A stretch of 64,000 nucleotides of DNA from Narcine bancroftii. Its lineage: Eukaryota. A program made the position numbers and the translations under genes. The DNA lies in NCBI RefSeq assembly GCF_036971445.1, contig NC_091480.1, positions 13,392,001 to 13,456,000 on the forward strand, in the 5' to 3' direction. The notes below the pieces were generated by a model, which saw only the letters and a list, made by a program, of their open reading frames with translations, was not told where the DNA came from and did no database searches. Positions 1 through 10,884 of the stretch are shown in pieces (within the stretch, counting starts at the first letter, position 1; each line of letters starts with the position of its first letter).

Positions 1-69
1 TGGTGAGTGAGCAGACAATTTGATAACTACCAATGTACCTTTGAACCAATATCACTAATAAGCAGATGG

Positions 70-867
70 CACTAAACAATTTTTTTCAAAAGGTTTGCTT
101 CCTGAAAATAAATTGGGGATTATGATAGAGAACTTCAAGCTAAACTCAAAGATAATTTCAGATTTGCTGTATCATGTAAGAAGTTGGAGAAACATTATAT
201 GAACTTTTCATTAAATTTAGCACGTTTAACCCCATTATGATGCTGTCATTTCGTCAGTTCAACGGACCTAAAAAATGTTTTGCTGCTGATTTTCGTTTGT
301 ACTCAGCATCTGATGCCTCTCATGTCAGTGTCCAACAACAGTCGGCAAGCATTTATGTCCTGATAATGCTTTTCATGGTTGGAATGTCCTGGTGAAAAAC
401 TCTGTATGTATGCATTGTATGAGCTGGCCATCTGTGACTCCTCCCTCCCAGAAATCCCAATAAAGGCTGTTATGCCCAAACTCCTCCCTCAGTCTCTGCC
501 TTGGAACCGGGCCAGCAACATGTGAGATGTGCTGATGTCTTAAGGTGATTAAAGCCTATTAATCTGTCTAATGTGATTGAACAATAGTGCAGCAAACCTT
601 TCACCATATTCGTCACTGACTGTACCAAGATCAGCAGGGAAGGAATCCAAGTGTGAATACAGAAAATTAATTTTCAAAGATGTGTTGCATTTCAGGGATT
701 TGTATGCTTGAAATAAATAAAAGACAGGAAATCACAAAACTAGGTTATATCTTTTTAAAAAGCGATACAAGTTAGGACAATTTTAAGGTGATTTTCATGA
801 TCAGCAACCCAAAATTGATAAAGTCCACCCAAAAGTGTTCAGGAAGCAAACTCCTTGTTGTCCAGTG
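70..867 (-). mobile_element. Non-autonomous Chapaev3-like (CMC) DNA transposon with an internal insertion at ~403-594
   Basis: Right TIR TTGTTGTCCAGTG, degenerate left TIR; same family as 12666, 26841 and 41048. Interrupted by a TG...CA LTR-like segment. Confidence 0.65.
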
Positions 868-987
868 TGATTGCGGTTGGTGAGACTTGGTGTGAAAGCT
901 GGCTGCAATATTAGTGGTGTCTGTGTTTCAAAATTCATGCCAATGGCTTTAGTTGCTTGGAAAAGGTGTGAAAAATACTTCCTTTAG

Positions 988-1141
988 CAGTGTTTCTCAA
1001 CCTTTATTTCCCCACTCATCCTAAGTAATCCCTTACTAACCATACAACTCCTATGGCATCCTAAACCATAGGTTCTCTGTGGTTGGTCAGGGATTAATTA
1101 AGGTGGTATGTGAGTAGGAAAAAAAAGGTTGAGAACCACTG
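988..1141. mobile_element. hAT/Charlie-type MITE (second, partial copy at ~2508-2650)
   Basis: TIRs CAGTGTTTCTCAACCTTT...AAAGGTTGAGAACCACTG; internally near-palindromic. Confidence 0.7.
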
Positions 1142-1283
1142 TCCCACAGTCAAGTCCAAGCTGTGTGAGTCTGCCTGCCAAAGGGGCTGTGTAATGTTGA
1201 GATGGAGCTGTGATCTTTGTGCATCCCTGACCAAACGAAAATCTGAAGGAACTGCCTTGTGTTCCAAAGCTAGATCTTCTTAC

Positions 1284-1432
1284 CTCATCAGACAACTCAT
1301 CCAAGATGACTTGAGATAATTCCCTTCTCCATGTAATGGTGGAAGGTACTGACTGAGGTTCGATGCTGTATTCTGATTCCAGCGAGTTCAAAACATCCAG
1401 CAGCACGTAGCCACCAGTCTCCCGGAGAATGG
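1284..1432 (-). CDS. EME2: EME2-like coding exon 2 (no further exons recognised in the window)
   Basis: Acceptor TTTTGTCTTGTTCCCTGCTTAG|, donor GAG|GTAAGA, phase matches exon 1. Reads (A)ILRETGGYVLLDVLNSLESEYSIEPQSVPSTITWRRELSQVILDELSDE, cf. EME2 AILEDAGADVLMEALEALGCECRIEPQ and EME1 IEAQAVPCSVTWRR. Confidence 0.85.
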
Positions 1433-1489
1433 CTAAGCAGGGAACAAGACAAAATCAGTCCGAGTGCAGAACGTACCCACTCAGAACTG

Positions 1490-1815
1490 AAGGCATCTGC
1501 AAGAGGCGGCATCGGAAGGAAGCAATCATGGACCCCCTCCGACCCCCCCCCCTCCCAGACCATGCCCTCTTCACACTGTTGCCATCGGGGAGGGGGTCCA
1601 GGAGCCTGAAGACGAGCACTCAGCGAAGCAAGGGCAGCTTCTTCCCGTCTGCCATCAGATTCCTGAATGATCAATGAACCACAGACTCTGCCTTACTTTG
1701 ATTTTTCTCTGGTTTAATTTGTAATGTGGTTTATCTACATGTTTGCAGTGTGATGCTGCCACACAAAAGCAAAGAATATCATGAGATGTTCATGGCAATA
1801 AATTCTGGTTCTGAA
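1490..1815 (+). mobile_element. Rex1/Babar-type LINE 3' fragment
   Basis: DHALFTLLPSGRGSRSLKTSTQRSKGSFFPSAIRFLN motif; AATAAA-TTCTG tail. Confidence 0.7.
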
Positions 1816-1913
1816 AATAATGGCACTTGGGCTCTCTCACCAAGATCCCATACAGACGCTGTGCGTGAAGACACAACGCTGGAGAAACCCAGCAGGTCCA
1901 ACCGTGTCCTCTA

Positions 1914-2193
1914 TGTAGCAAAGACAAAGATACATAAGCAACGTATCCCGCCTGAGCTCTTCATCAAGACATAATTGTAGCAAAGATAGATACAAAAGCA
2001 ACGTTTCCCGCCTGAGCTCTTCATCAAGACATAATTGTAGCAAAGATAAAGATACAAACGCAACGTTTCCCGCCTGAGCTCTTCATCAAGACATAATTGT
2101 AGCAAAGATAAAGATACAAAAGCAACGTTTCCCGCCTGAGCTCTTCATCAAGACATAATTGTAGCAAAGATAAAGATACATAAGCAACGTTTC
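1914..2193. repeat. Tandem array, 4.5 units of ~62 bp, inside a Penelope-derived inverted-repeat element (~1850-2292)
   Basis: Unit TGTAGCAAAGATAAAGATACAAAAGCAACGTTTCCCGCCTGAGCTCTTCATCAAGACATAAT starts at 1914, 1976, 2036, 2098 and 2160. Confidence 0.9.
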
Positions 2194-2746
2194 GGGCTTG
2201 GACCCTTAAGGGCTCATGCCCGAAACGTCAGTTGGGGATCTATGTCTTTGCTGTATAAAGAACGCCGTTTGTCCTGCATTGTGTTTTTAATTTAACACAA
2301 AGATAGTTCTAACTTTTTGTTTTGTTTTCTGCGTTATTTGATTGCTTGCAAAAGCAAATGTATCTCCAGAACCCACGGGAATGAGATTCTCCCCGCACAC
2401 TTACACAAAGTAACCTTGCACTCTGCAACTTACAAAAACAAAGAACACCGCCAGCCGCTGAGAATGTGAAACACAGCAAACCCTTCAGTCGGAACTTCTC
2501 TACAGTCCACTGGTTCTCAATCATTTTTTCCCCGACCCGTATACTACTTTAAGTAATCCTTTGCCAACCACAGAGCACCTATGGTATAGGATGTCAAAGG
2601 TGCTGTGTGGTTAGTAAGGGATTCCTTAAAGTGGTGTGTGAATGGAGGGGGGGGGGGGTGATTGCTCCAGACCAATGCTGCTTCCCCCCCACCCCGTCTT
2701 TGTTGGAGTGGTGGTCTTACGGGCAGAAAGGATGGCCAGGGCTCAC

Positions 2747-3152
2747 CTGGGTCGACGCACACTCTCATGGACTTCAAGCACTGGTCCGGCCGAATGTACT
2801 TGAGGGCAATGTCTGTGGCCTGTCGCTCGTCCCTCTCCTGCATCTCCACCTCTCTGGCAGCCTTCCTCTCGCGTTGGAGAATGTCGCAGCCCCACTTGGC
2901 CAAGTGGTCGTGCTCGGGGCTGCAGGCTTCCCTGTGCCTGGGGCCGGGCGCCGCCGCTTGCGCTGCGCTGCCTGCTGCGGTGGTCGAGGTCCCTTCCCCT
3001 GCGCTCCCTTCGCGATGCGCCCGGTGGTGGTTGCCCATCGGCGGGGCTGTCACCGGCCTGCTGTCCACCTCGGAGCGGAATCGCTCCAGTTCCGCCAGGG
3101 GCCCCTTCGCGACCAAAGGCGCCCAGTAGAAGAGTCCCGGAGACGGGTACAT
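2747..3152 (-). CDS. EME2: EME2-like (MUS81 partner, ERCC4-like) coding exon 1
   Basis: ATG at 3152 with an in-frame TGA upstream. Ends ...RQATDIALKYIRPDQCLKSMRVCVDP-G|GTGAGC (phase-1 donor), resembling human EME2 ERRAAAEALRLLRPEQVLKRLAVCVDTA. Lies in a CpG island. Start codon less certain than the 3' end. Confidence 0.8.
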
Positions 3153-3650
3153 ATCCTCCCTCTCCAGCCCCCGGGGCAGCCGGCGAGGCTGAATTCGAGC
3201 AGCCGAGGTGGGCGGGGGGATTGGGGAGAGATCAAGGGGCTCCCAGGCGCCGAGAGCAGGGGTTCACAACAATAAACATTCAAGGGGAGGAGGGGGGGTT
3301 GCAAACTCAATGCCAGCCTCGACACGAAGCTCTTGCAGCGGGTCTCCGATCCGGCCCCATCGCCCACCCAGAACCCCCACGCCGGAGACAAAGAACCGCA
3401 GCTCAAGGCAGATCCCCGGCTAAAGCCACCGACCGAGGAAGAGTCCAGCTCCGTCTGCAACCCGTCCAGGTCACCGAGCACTGCCCCCGCCACTCAGACT
3501 GAACCCCTCCAATCCCATCCCCTCCAGGTCCCCACGCTGCCGATCCAACGGGAGGGAATCTGACCGTAAACTCTCCGACGACGTCCAGCGCAGATTTTGG
3601 ACCCGTTCCCATTCCTCGCTCGCTCCCCTTCATTTAGACTTCGTGGATCC
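2750..3650. promoter_or_regulatory. CpG island / probable promoter and 5' end of the EME2-like gene
   Basis: Very GC- and CpG-rich stretch against an AT-rich, CpG-poor background; covers exon 1. Confidence 0.7.
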
Positions 3651-3669
3651 CTGATCTTACACGTTATAA

Positions 3670-4110
3670 TTCTGGTCAGAATCCGAATTTATCATCACGA
3701 AATCCATTGTTTATGCGGCAAACATTTATGTGAACCACATTACAAATGAAACAAAAATACTGTAGTGCAAGAAAAAGTCGAAGTAAGGCGGTGTCTGTGG
3801 TTCACTGTTCATTCAGAAATCTCCTGGCAGTGGGGAAGAAGCTGACCTTGTGTTGCTTCACTCTCCTGTACCCTTTTGTCCCAAGGGTGGCAGAGTGAAG
3901 TGGGGGTCTCTGAGGATAGAGGCTGCTTTCTGAAGACACTGCCTCATGGAGGTGTCCTTGATAGAATCAAGTCTGGTGCTCATGAGGCATTGACACCTCA
4001 GTACCAGGTGGTGATGCAACCAGCCAGAACCCTCTCCAATGTACACCTGTCGAAGTTTATGAGGTCTTCAAATCTCCTCGCAAAGTATAGCCTTCTCCAT
4101 GATTCCATTA
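3670..4110 (-). mobile_element. Rex1/Babar-type LINE 3' fragment
   Basis: CLQKAASILRDPHFTLPPLG remnant on the - strand. Confidence 0.6.
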
Positions 4111-5930
4111 CCGTGGTGATTGATTGCTTTATTTGTGAAAATGTTAGATTTTAGGCCAAGGCGTGGGATTGAGGATGATTTAAGACTAAATAATAGTGAA
4201 ATAAATTAAGATTAGTAAAGTTTTATGTACTGACATGTTCAATAAGGCATGCAACACTATTTGGTTTTAACTTACAGTTTCAGTGGAGCACTTGCTGCTG
4301 TGAAGTGTAGTCAAAGAGACGGACACTGGATGAGCACCCTCGAGAGAAAGGAACAGGGGTCTGATGGTCAGCATGAACATGGCGGGCCAAAGGGCCTGCT
4401 CCTCTGGTGTGATGTGCCAACAGGCTGGATATCGTGAAGCGAGAGCCTGCTGTGCCCGAATGCCTCAGAGGTTAGAAGCTTGTAGAAAAGGAAGATGCTG
4501 GAAGTTCCCAGCAATTCAGGGAGCATCTGTGGAGAGAGAGAGCAAGAGAGAGAGTCAGAACAGAGAGGGGTGAGCTTTTAGAAGCAAAGGGGTAGATACA
4601 AAGAAAAGCAAAAGGGAAGTCTGCCACTGGTCTGAGAGAAATATTAAATTGATACACCCCACTTGTTTTCACCTCTCCTTTTCCTTTAAATTGTGGAATG
4701 CTAGGCATTTGTTGGGTGTGCTGGGTTCCAGAACTCCTGGACCTGGGTTGGCTCCACTGTCAGGCTTCCAGGAAGCCCAGAGATAGAACTGAATGTTGCT
4801 GAGAACCTTCTGCAACCCCGCCAGGATATCTGTTCCCTGAACCAGAGCTAATTGGCAAGCCCACTGACTTCAGTGCAGATTGTATGTCTGTCGGGAAGAA
4901 AAGTGAAGGCAAAGCTTTGTTCCTTTTTAAATAATCACCTGTATTATTTAAAGTTTTTAATTGTTTAAACCTGCATATGTGTTTTTTTGCATTAAAATTA
5001 TTTAATATGTTTGAATTCTTAATTTTTTAATATATTTCTGATTGGCAGTCAGCACCCATGGTTAAACTAGGAATTGGAGAGCATTCAGCACCTTGAGTGG
5101 CTCAACCAGGTGAAAAGATCATGGTGGATCTGATCTTAACCTCATCTCTGCATTCACTCTGCCTGCTCCACCCTTTTGCCCACTTGCTCATCAAGAATCT
5201 GTTGTCTCTGCCTTAAAAGCAGTGCTTCTATTGCTTTCCAAAGGCGCAAAATCCTCTGAGAGGAAAACAGTTGCTTCATTTTGTGTCATGTGGGTCAGAT
5301 TGTAAATGTGAAACTGGAGAGGCTACAAACCCCCAAAATTAATCTGCGCCAAAGTGCCATGACTATGTGTGCTCAGTCCTATGGCTGTAATACTCAGGGA
5401 ACTCCTGCCATCTCCCACAGGAATGTGCAAAGCATTGCATCAGGGATTAGGGTGGGGCTCTTGGGACAGCGGATCAGGGGAACATTGGGGGGGTTGCAGG
5501 GAAGATGTGGTGGTGATGAATGATGATCATTGGGAGATGCAGCTGGATTAGTTGAGGTCTGAAAATATGAAATGGGACCCAATAAGTTCAGGAAAAGTGT
5601 CTGGTTAGAATGTGGAGTATAGAATAGCTGTGGCCCATGGCCCTAAAGATGAGGTAGTAACATTCGGGGTTACACAAGGATCCATACATTAGGTCTCAGA
5701 TCTTCCACCCTCTCTGTTGAACAGTCTGCAGGTCCCACATTGCCCTCATCAGGATCGAACACAGGAATAGAATGGACACAAGTCCTCCAGACTGCAAACT
5801 CAATTTATCCAAGTCATCAGAAATTTCAGCTGACTTAATTTATTCAGCAATGAAATGACAACATTGAATATGTATCATTTGTCTGTATGTGTGTTATGTC
5901 TGGTTGAGGACCACAGGTTGTTCATATATT

Positions 5931-8900
5931 TGAATATGGATGGGCAGGTGATAGAGAAGGGAAATGCTCTGGAAGAAGATGAAGGGCAATTGGCAGGAAA
6001 AGTAAATAATGTTGTTATTAAAGATGAGGGAAAACAGGGAATAAAAATTGGGAAATCTCTGAAATTCATATATTTTAATGCCAGGAGTATTGTAAAAAAG
6101 GTGGATGAGCTGAAGGTGTGGATTGATACTTGGAAGTATGATGTGGTAGCGATTAGTGAGACATGGTTGCAGGAGGGATGTGATTGGCAACTGAATATCC
6201 CTGGGTTTCGTTGTTTTAGGTGTGATAGAGTCGGAGGGGCAAGAGGAGGTGGGGTTGCATTGCTTGTCAGGGAAAATATTACAGCGGTGCCTAGGAAGGA
6301 TAGATTAGAGGGCACATCCACGGAGGCTATTTGAGTGGAACTGAGGAGTAGGAAAGGAGAGGTTACACTTGTAGGGGTGTATTATAGACCACCCGGAGGG
6401 GACCGAGACCTAGAGGAGCAAATCTGTAGGGAGATAGTAGATATTTGTGATAAGCACAGGGTTGTAATTATGGGAGATTTTAATTTTCCACATATAGATT
6501 GGGAAACACATTCTGTGAAAGGACTGGATGGGTTAGAGTTTGTGAAATGTGTGCAAGATAGTTTTTTACAACAATATGTAGAGGTGCCGACCAGAGAAGG
6601 AGCAGTGTTAGATCTACTGTTGGCAAATGGGATGGGTCAAGTGACGGAGGTTAGTGTTGGCGAGCACTTCGGGTCCAGTGATCATAATGCCATCAGCTTC
6701 AATGTCATTATGGAAAGAGAGAAATCAGGGCCAAGGATTGAGGATTTTGATTGGGGAAAAGCTAGATTTGAGGAGATGCGAAAGGACTTGCAGGGTGTGC
6801 ATTGGGACAATTTGTTTTATGGGCAGGATGTAGTAGAGAGATGGAAGTCTTTTAAAGATCAGATTTTGAGAGTGCAAAAGCTTTATGTTCCTGTTAGGTT
6901 AAAAGGAGGGGCAAAAGGTTTGGTAGAGCCGTGGTTTTCAAGGAATATTGGAAACTTGGTTCGAAGAAAAAGGGAGGCGTACATTAGATATAAGAAGCAT
7001 GGAGTTAAGGAGATGTTTGAAAGATACATTGAATGTAAGAGGAATCTTAAGAGAGGAATTAGGAAAGCTAAAAGAAGGTACGAGAAAACTATGGCAAGCA
7101 GGGTGAAAACTAATCCAAAAGAGTTCTACAAATATGTTAATGGTAAGAGGAAAGCTAGAGACAAAATTGGTCCCTTAGAAAATCAGAGCGGAAAACTGTG
7201 TGTGGAGCCTAGAGAAATGGGGGAGATATTGAACAGTTTCTTTTCTTCGGTATTCACTAAGGAGAAGGATATTGGGAGATGTGAGATAAAAAAAAGCAAA
7301 TTGGGTAAATATGGGGAATATAGAGATTACAAAAGGTGTAGTTTTAAGGCTTTTGAAGAATATAAAGGTGGATAAGTCTCCGGGACCAGACGGGATCTTC
7401 CCCAGGACATTGAGAGAAGTGAAGAAGGAAATAGCAGAGGCTCTGGCGGTAATTTTCCAAATGTCATTAGATATGGGGATAGTGCCGGAGGATTGGCGCA
7501 TTGCGCATGTGGTTCCGTTATTTAAAAAGGGTTCAAGGAGGAAGCCTGGCAACTATCGGCCTGTAAGTTTGACGTCTGTGGTAGGTAAGTTAATGGAGAA
7601 AATTCTTAGAGATAGTACTTATAAACATCTGGATAGACAGGGTCTGATCAGGAGCACTCAACATGGATTTGTGGGAGGAAGGTCATGTTTGACCAATCTG
7701 ATTTAATTTTTTGAAGAGGTGACTAGGAATGTGGATGAGGGTAGCGCAGTGGATGTTGTCTATATGGACTTCAGTAAGGCCTTCGATAAGGTACCACATG
7801 GAAGGTTAGTTAGGAAGGTGCAGTCTTTAGGTATAAATTTTAAGATAGTCAAATGGATTGAACATTGGCTGAAAGGGAGAGGCCAGAGAGTGGTAGTGGA
7901 TAATTGTCTGTCAGGTTGGAGGCTGGTGACCAGTGGTGTGCCTCAAGGATCTGTATTGGGCCCATTGTTGTTCGTTATATACATTAATGATCTAGATGAT
8001 GGGGTGGTGAATTGGATTAGTAAATATGCAGACGATACTAAGATAGGTGGAATAGTGGATAATGAAGAAGGTTTTCAAGGATTGCAGAGGGATTTGGGCT
8101 GCTTAGAAAAGTGGGCTGAAAAATGGCAGATGGAATTTAATGCTGATAAGTGTGAGGTGCTTCATTTTGGTAAGAAGAATCAGAATAGGACATACGTGGT
8201 AAATGGGAGAGCATTGAGGAATACAGAAGAGCAGAAAGATTTAGGAGTGACAGTACATCGTTCCCTGAAGGTAGAAACTCACGTGAATAGGGTGGTGAAG
8301 AAGGCTTTTAGTATGCTGGCCTTTATCAATCATTGCATGGAATAAAGGAGTTGGGATGTGATGTTGAGATTGTATAAGACGTTGGTGCGGCCTAATTTGG
8401 AGTTCTGTGTGCAGTTCTGGTCGCCTAATTATAGGAAGGATATAAACAGAGTGGAGAGAGTGCAGAGAAGGTTTACCAGAATGTTACCTGGGTTTAAGCA
8501 TCTAGAGTATAGGGAGAGATTGGACAGATTAGGTCTTTATTCTTTGGAGCGTAGAAGGTTGAGAGGGGATTTGATAGAAGTATTTAAGATTATGAAAGGG
8601 ATAGACAGAGTGGATGTGGATAGACTATTTCCGTTAAGAGGAGGAAAGATTAAAACAAGAGGACATGAGTTAAGAATTAAGGGGCAGAGGTTTAGAGGTA
8701 ACATGAGGGGGAACTTCTTTACTCAGAGAGTGGTAGCCGTGTGGAATGATCTTCCGGGAGAAATAGTGGCGGCGGAGTCAATTGTATTATTTAAGAAAAG
8801 GTTGGACAGGTATATGGATGAGAAGAAGATGGAGGGTTATGGGCATTGTGCAGGGAGGTGGGACTAGAAAGGGGTGTTTGGTTCGGTGCAGACTAGAAGG

Positions 8901-8945
8901 GCCTAATGGCCTGTTTCCGTGCTGTAATTGTTATGTTATGTTATA
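5931..8945 (+). mobile_element. CR1-clade LINE, near-complete but inactivated ORF2 (APE endonuclease + reverse transcriptase)
   Basis: APE motifs (YFNARSI, ISETW, MGDFNFP, SDHNAI) and RT motifs (KSPGPDG, DFSKAFDKVPH, GVPQGSVLGP, YADDTK). Stops at 6332, 7704 and 8343, frameshift near 7290; (TTATG)n tail. 5' boundary approximate. Confidence 0.95.
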
Positions 8946-9460
8946 TACAATCAGACGATAATAAACTTGAGTAATAAAGAGGGTGATTTTATATATAAAA
9001 TGGCATTACTTTTAAGCATGGCCCCAAAATAACAAATGGGACTAGCTTGGATGGATAATTGCTCAGCATGGACAAGTTGAGCTGAAAGGTCCTGGATGTA
9101 AACCTCTACAACCTTTTGTCTCCAGAGTGTGCACTGGCCATCGCATTAGATTGCTCATCCACCAGTGCTGCATTCCACTCAGGATAACGGCTATGAGATT
9201 AATACAAAGGTTCCATCCACAATATAAATCTTTGTATACGTTTGATTAACATAATCTGTTGTGACCACCCTTACTTTGGTAATAATACCTTTAAATGAAT
9301 TGAGGATTTTACACAGTCAATGTAAAATAGTGGACAAAAAGAAAATTAACTATTAAATCATTTGTTTCATCTTGGTGGTTTAGGCTTCAGTCCAGTGGAG
9401 TGAAACCTAAAGGAAAACAGATGTCGCAGCCTTTTGGTTTCAAAGTGGCATTCATTTAGA

Positions 9461-9651
9461 TTCTTTCTTTGGCTTGGCTTCGCAGAAGAAGATTTATGGA
9501 AGGGTAATGTCCACGTCAGCTGCAGGCTCGTTTGAGGCTGACAAGTCTGATGCGGGACAGGCAGACACGGTTGCAGCGGTTGCAAGGGAAAATTGGTTGG
9601 TTGGGGTTGGGTGTTGGGTTTTTCCTCCTTTGTCTTTTGTCAGTGAGGTGG
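9461..9651 (-). mobile_element. RTE-clade LINE 3' end
   Basis: HLTDKRQRRKNPTPNPNQPIFPCNRCNRVCLSRIRLVSLKRACS (C-terminal C2H2-like); same family as 39051, 42649 and 46189. Confidence 0.85.
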
Positions 9652-10623
9652 CTTGTGGAACACATCACATGCCACCATGACCACATCATGTACTTTGTTA
9701 AATTTGAATTGAATATCGAAAGAAATGAACAATGATTATTCATACCATTAGAGCAGAATGCTGGACAATATTTTAAATATTAAACAGTTCTGTAATTGTC
9801 ATGCTTTGCTGACTTTGATCTTGCTGACATTAACTTCATACCATGTTCTGCATTATAATTATTTTTGCTCCATTGACCATAACTGTTTGAGAAATAAATA
9901 CACCAAGCCTATTCACTTGGCAGATGTTAGGAGTGCATAACTTTGCTTGTCAATTCTAATGTACTAAATAAAATAATGTATATATGTATCAAGTAAGTCA
10001 AGATTTGGAAAGTATGATTTTTCACATGGTGGTTGTGTTGGCACATTTACACATACTGTAATTTTTTAAAAATTATTTCAACGCAACAGTTGGGCAGCTG
10101 ATGGCACAAGAAAAAAGCCCAAATTCCCTCTGTATGAAGATTTTGCTTTCTCCGATCTGAAGTGGGAACAGCTTTCGTGAGGAAATATCAATGAATCTAC
10201 CAGGGCTTTGCCAGTAACTAATATGATGGAAAAAAGTTCAAGTTGGCGAGGGACCTTTTTGTTTCAATCGAGCTGGCATTTTAATGACATATAAAACAAA
10301 CTTGATTATCAGAATTCTGTGGGCTCAAGTCTATTTCACTGTCCAGATCTGCAAATGAACGACTAGTTACCTCCACACTGCTATTTCCTTTATGTTACAG
10401 AATGTCAAGATAGACAGGAAAAATTGAGGAGCGCACTTCATTACAATTTCAAGCTGTAGATGATACTGAATATATGCACTTTCATGGCATCATGTGTCAG
10501 ACCATGATTATTAGATGATTCTAAATAAACATTAGACAAAGGGACAATAACATAAGCAGCATTAAATTATACAGTATCTTATTTTTTACTTCAGCTTTAT
10601 ACCAAATATTAAAATTGTGACAG

Positions 10624-10884
10624 TTAACAAACAGGTCGAATAAAGAAAAGGACAACACTTCTTGGATTGACTCTAAAACTGTGTGTGTGGTTTGAATTAA
10701 GAAAGGAAACAAGCTTTTTGTCAAAAACATCATAGACATTGTACCCATGCGCACAGTCCTTGATGCCCAGAGGAGGCAAGCTCAGCGAGAAAGATTTGGC
10801 TCCTCCTCGTTCAGCCGTGTTGAGGTAGGCCAAAGCAAATTGTCCGTGAGCCAGCTTCCTCTTCCAGAGTTGGAAATCTTCATC
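10624..10884 (-). CDS. NAGA-like coding exon 7 (C-terminal beta-sandwich domain, stop)
   Basis: Acceptor CTGTAG|; [40 protein letters not shown]...[17 protein letters not shown]. Confidence 0.9.
   Translation of the reverse strand, partial: DEDFQLWKRKLAHGQFALAYLNTAERGGAKSFSLSLPPLGIKDCAHGYNVYDVFDKKLVSFLNSNHTHSFRVNPRSVVLFFIRPVC

Noticed and set aside
1914-2193. Possible CRISPR-like array
   Set aside because: Units are contiguous near-identical repeats with no unique spacers, there are no cas genes, and the context is eukaryotic.
2607-3633. Several long overlapping ORFs on both strands (222, 155, 147 aa and others)
   Set aside because: Expected stop-codon scarcity in a GC-rich island; only the - frame ending at donor 2747 has homology and splice support.
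4424-4569. Exon-like segment CAG|...GGG|GTGAGC on + strand (possible divergent transcript)
   Set aside because: No polypyrimidine tract (upstream is a CR1 tail) and no recognisable protein in any frame.
5855-8867. Possible active LINE or host reverse-transcriptase gene
   Set aside because: Three in-frame stops and a frameshift; an ordinary dead CR1 copy.
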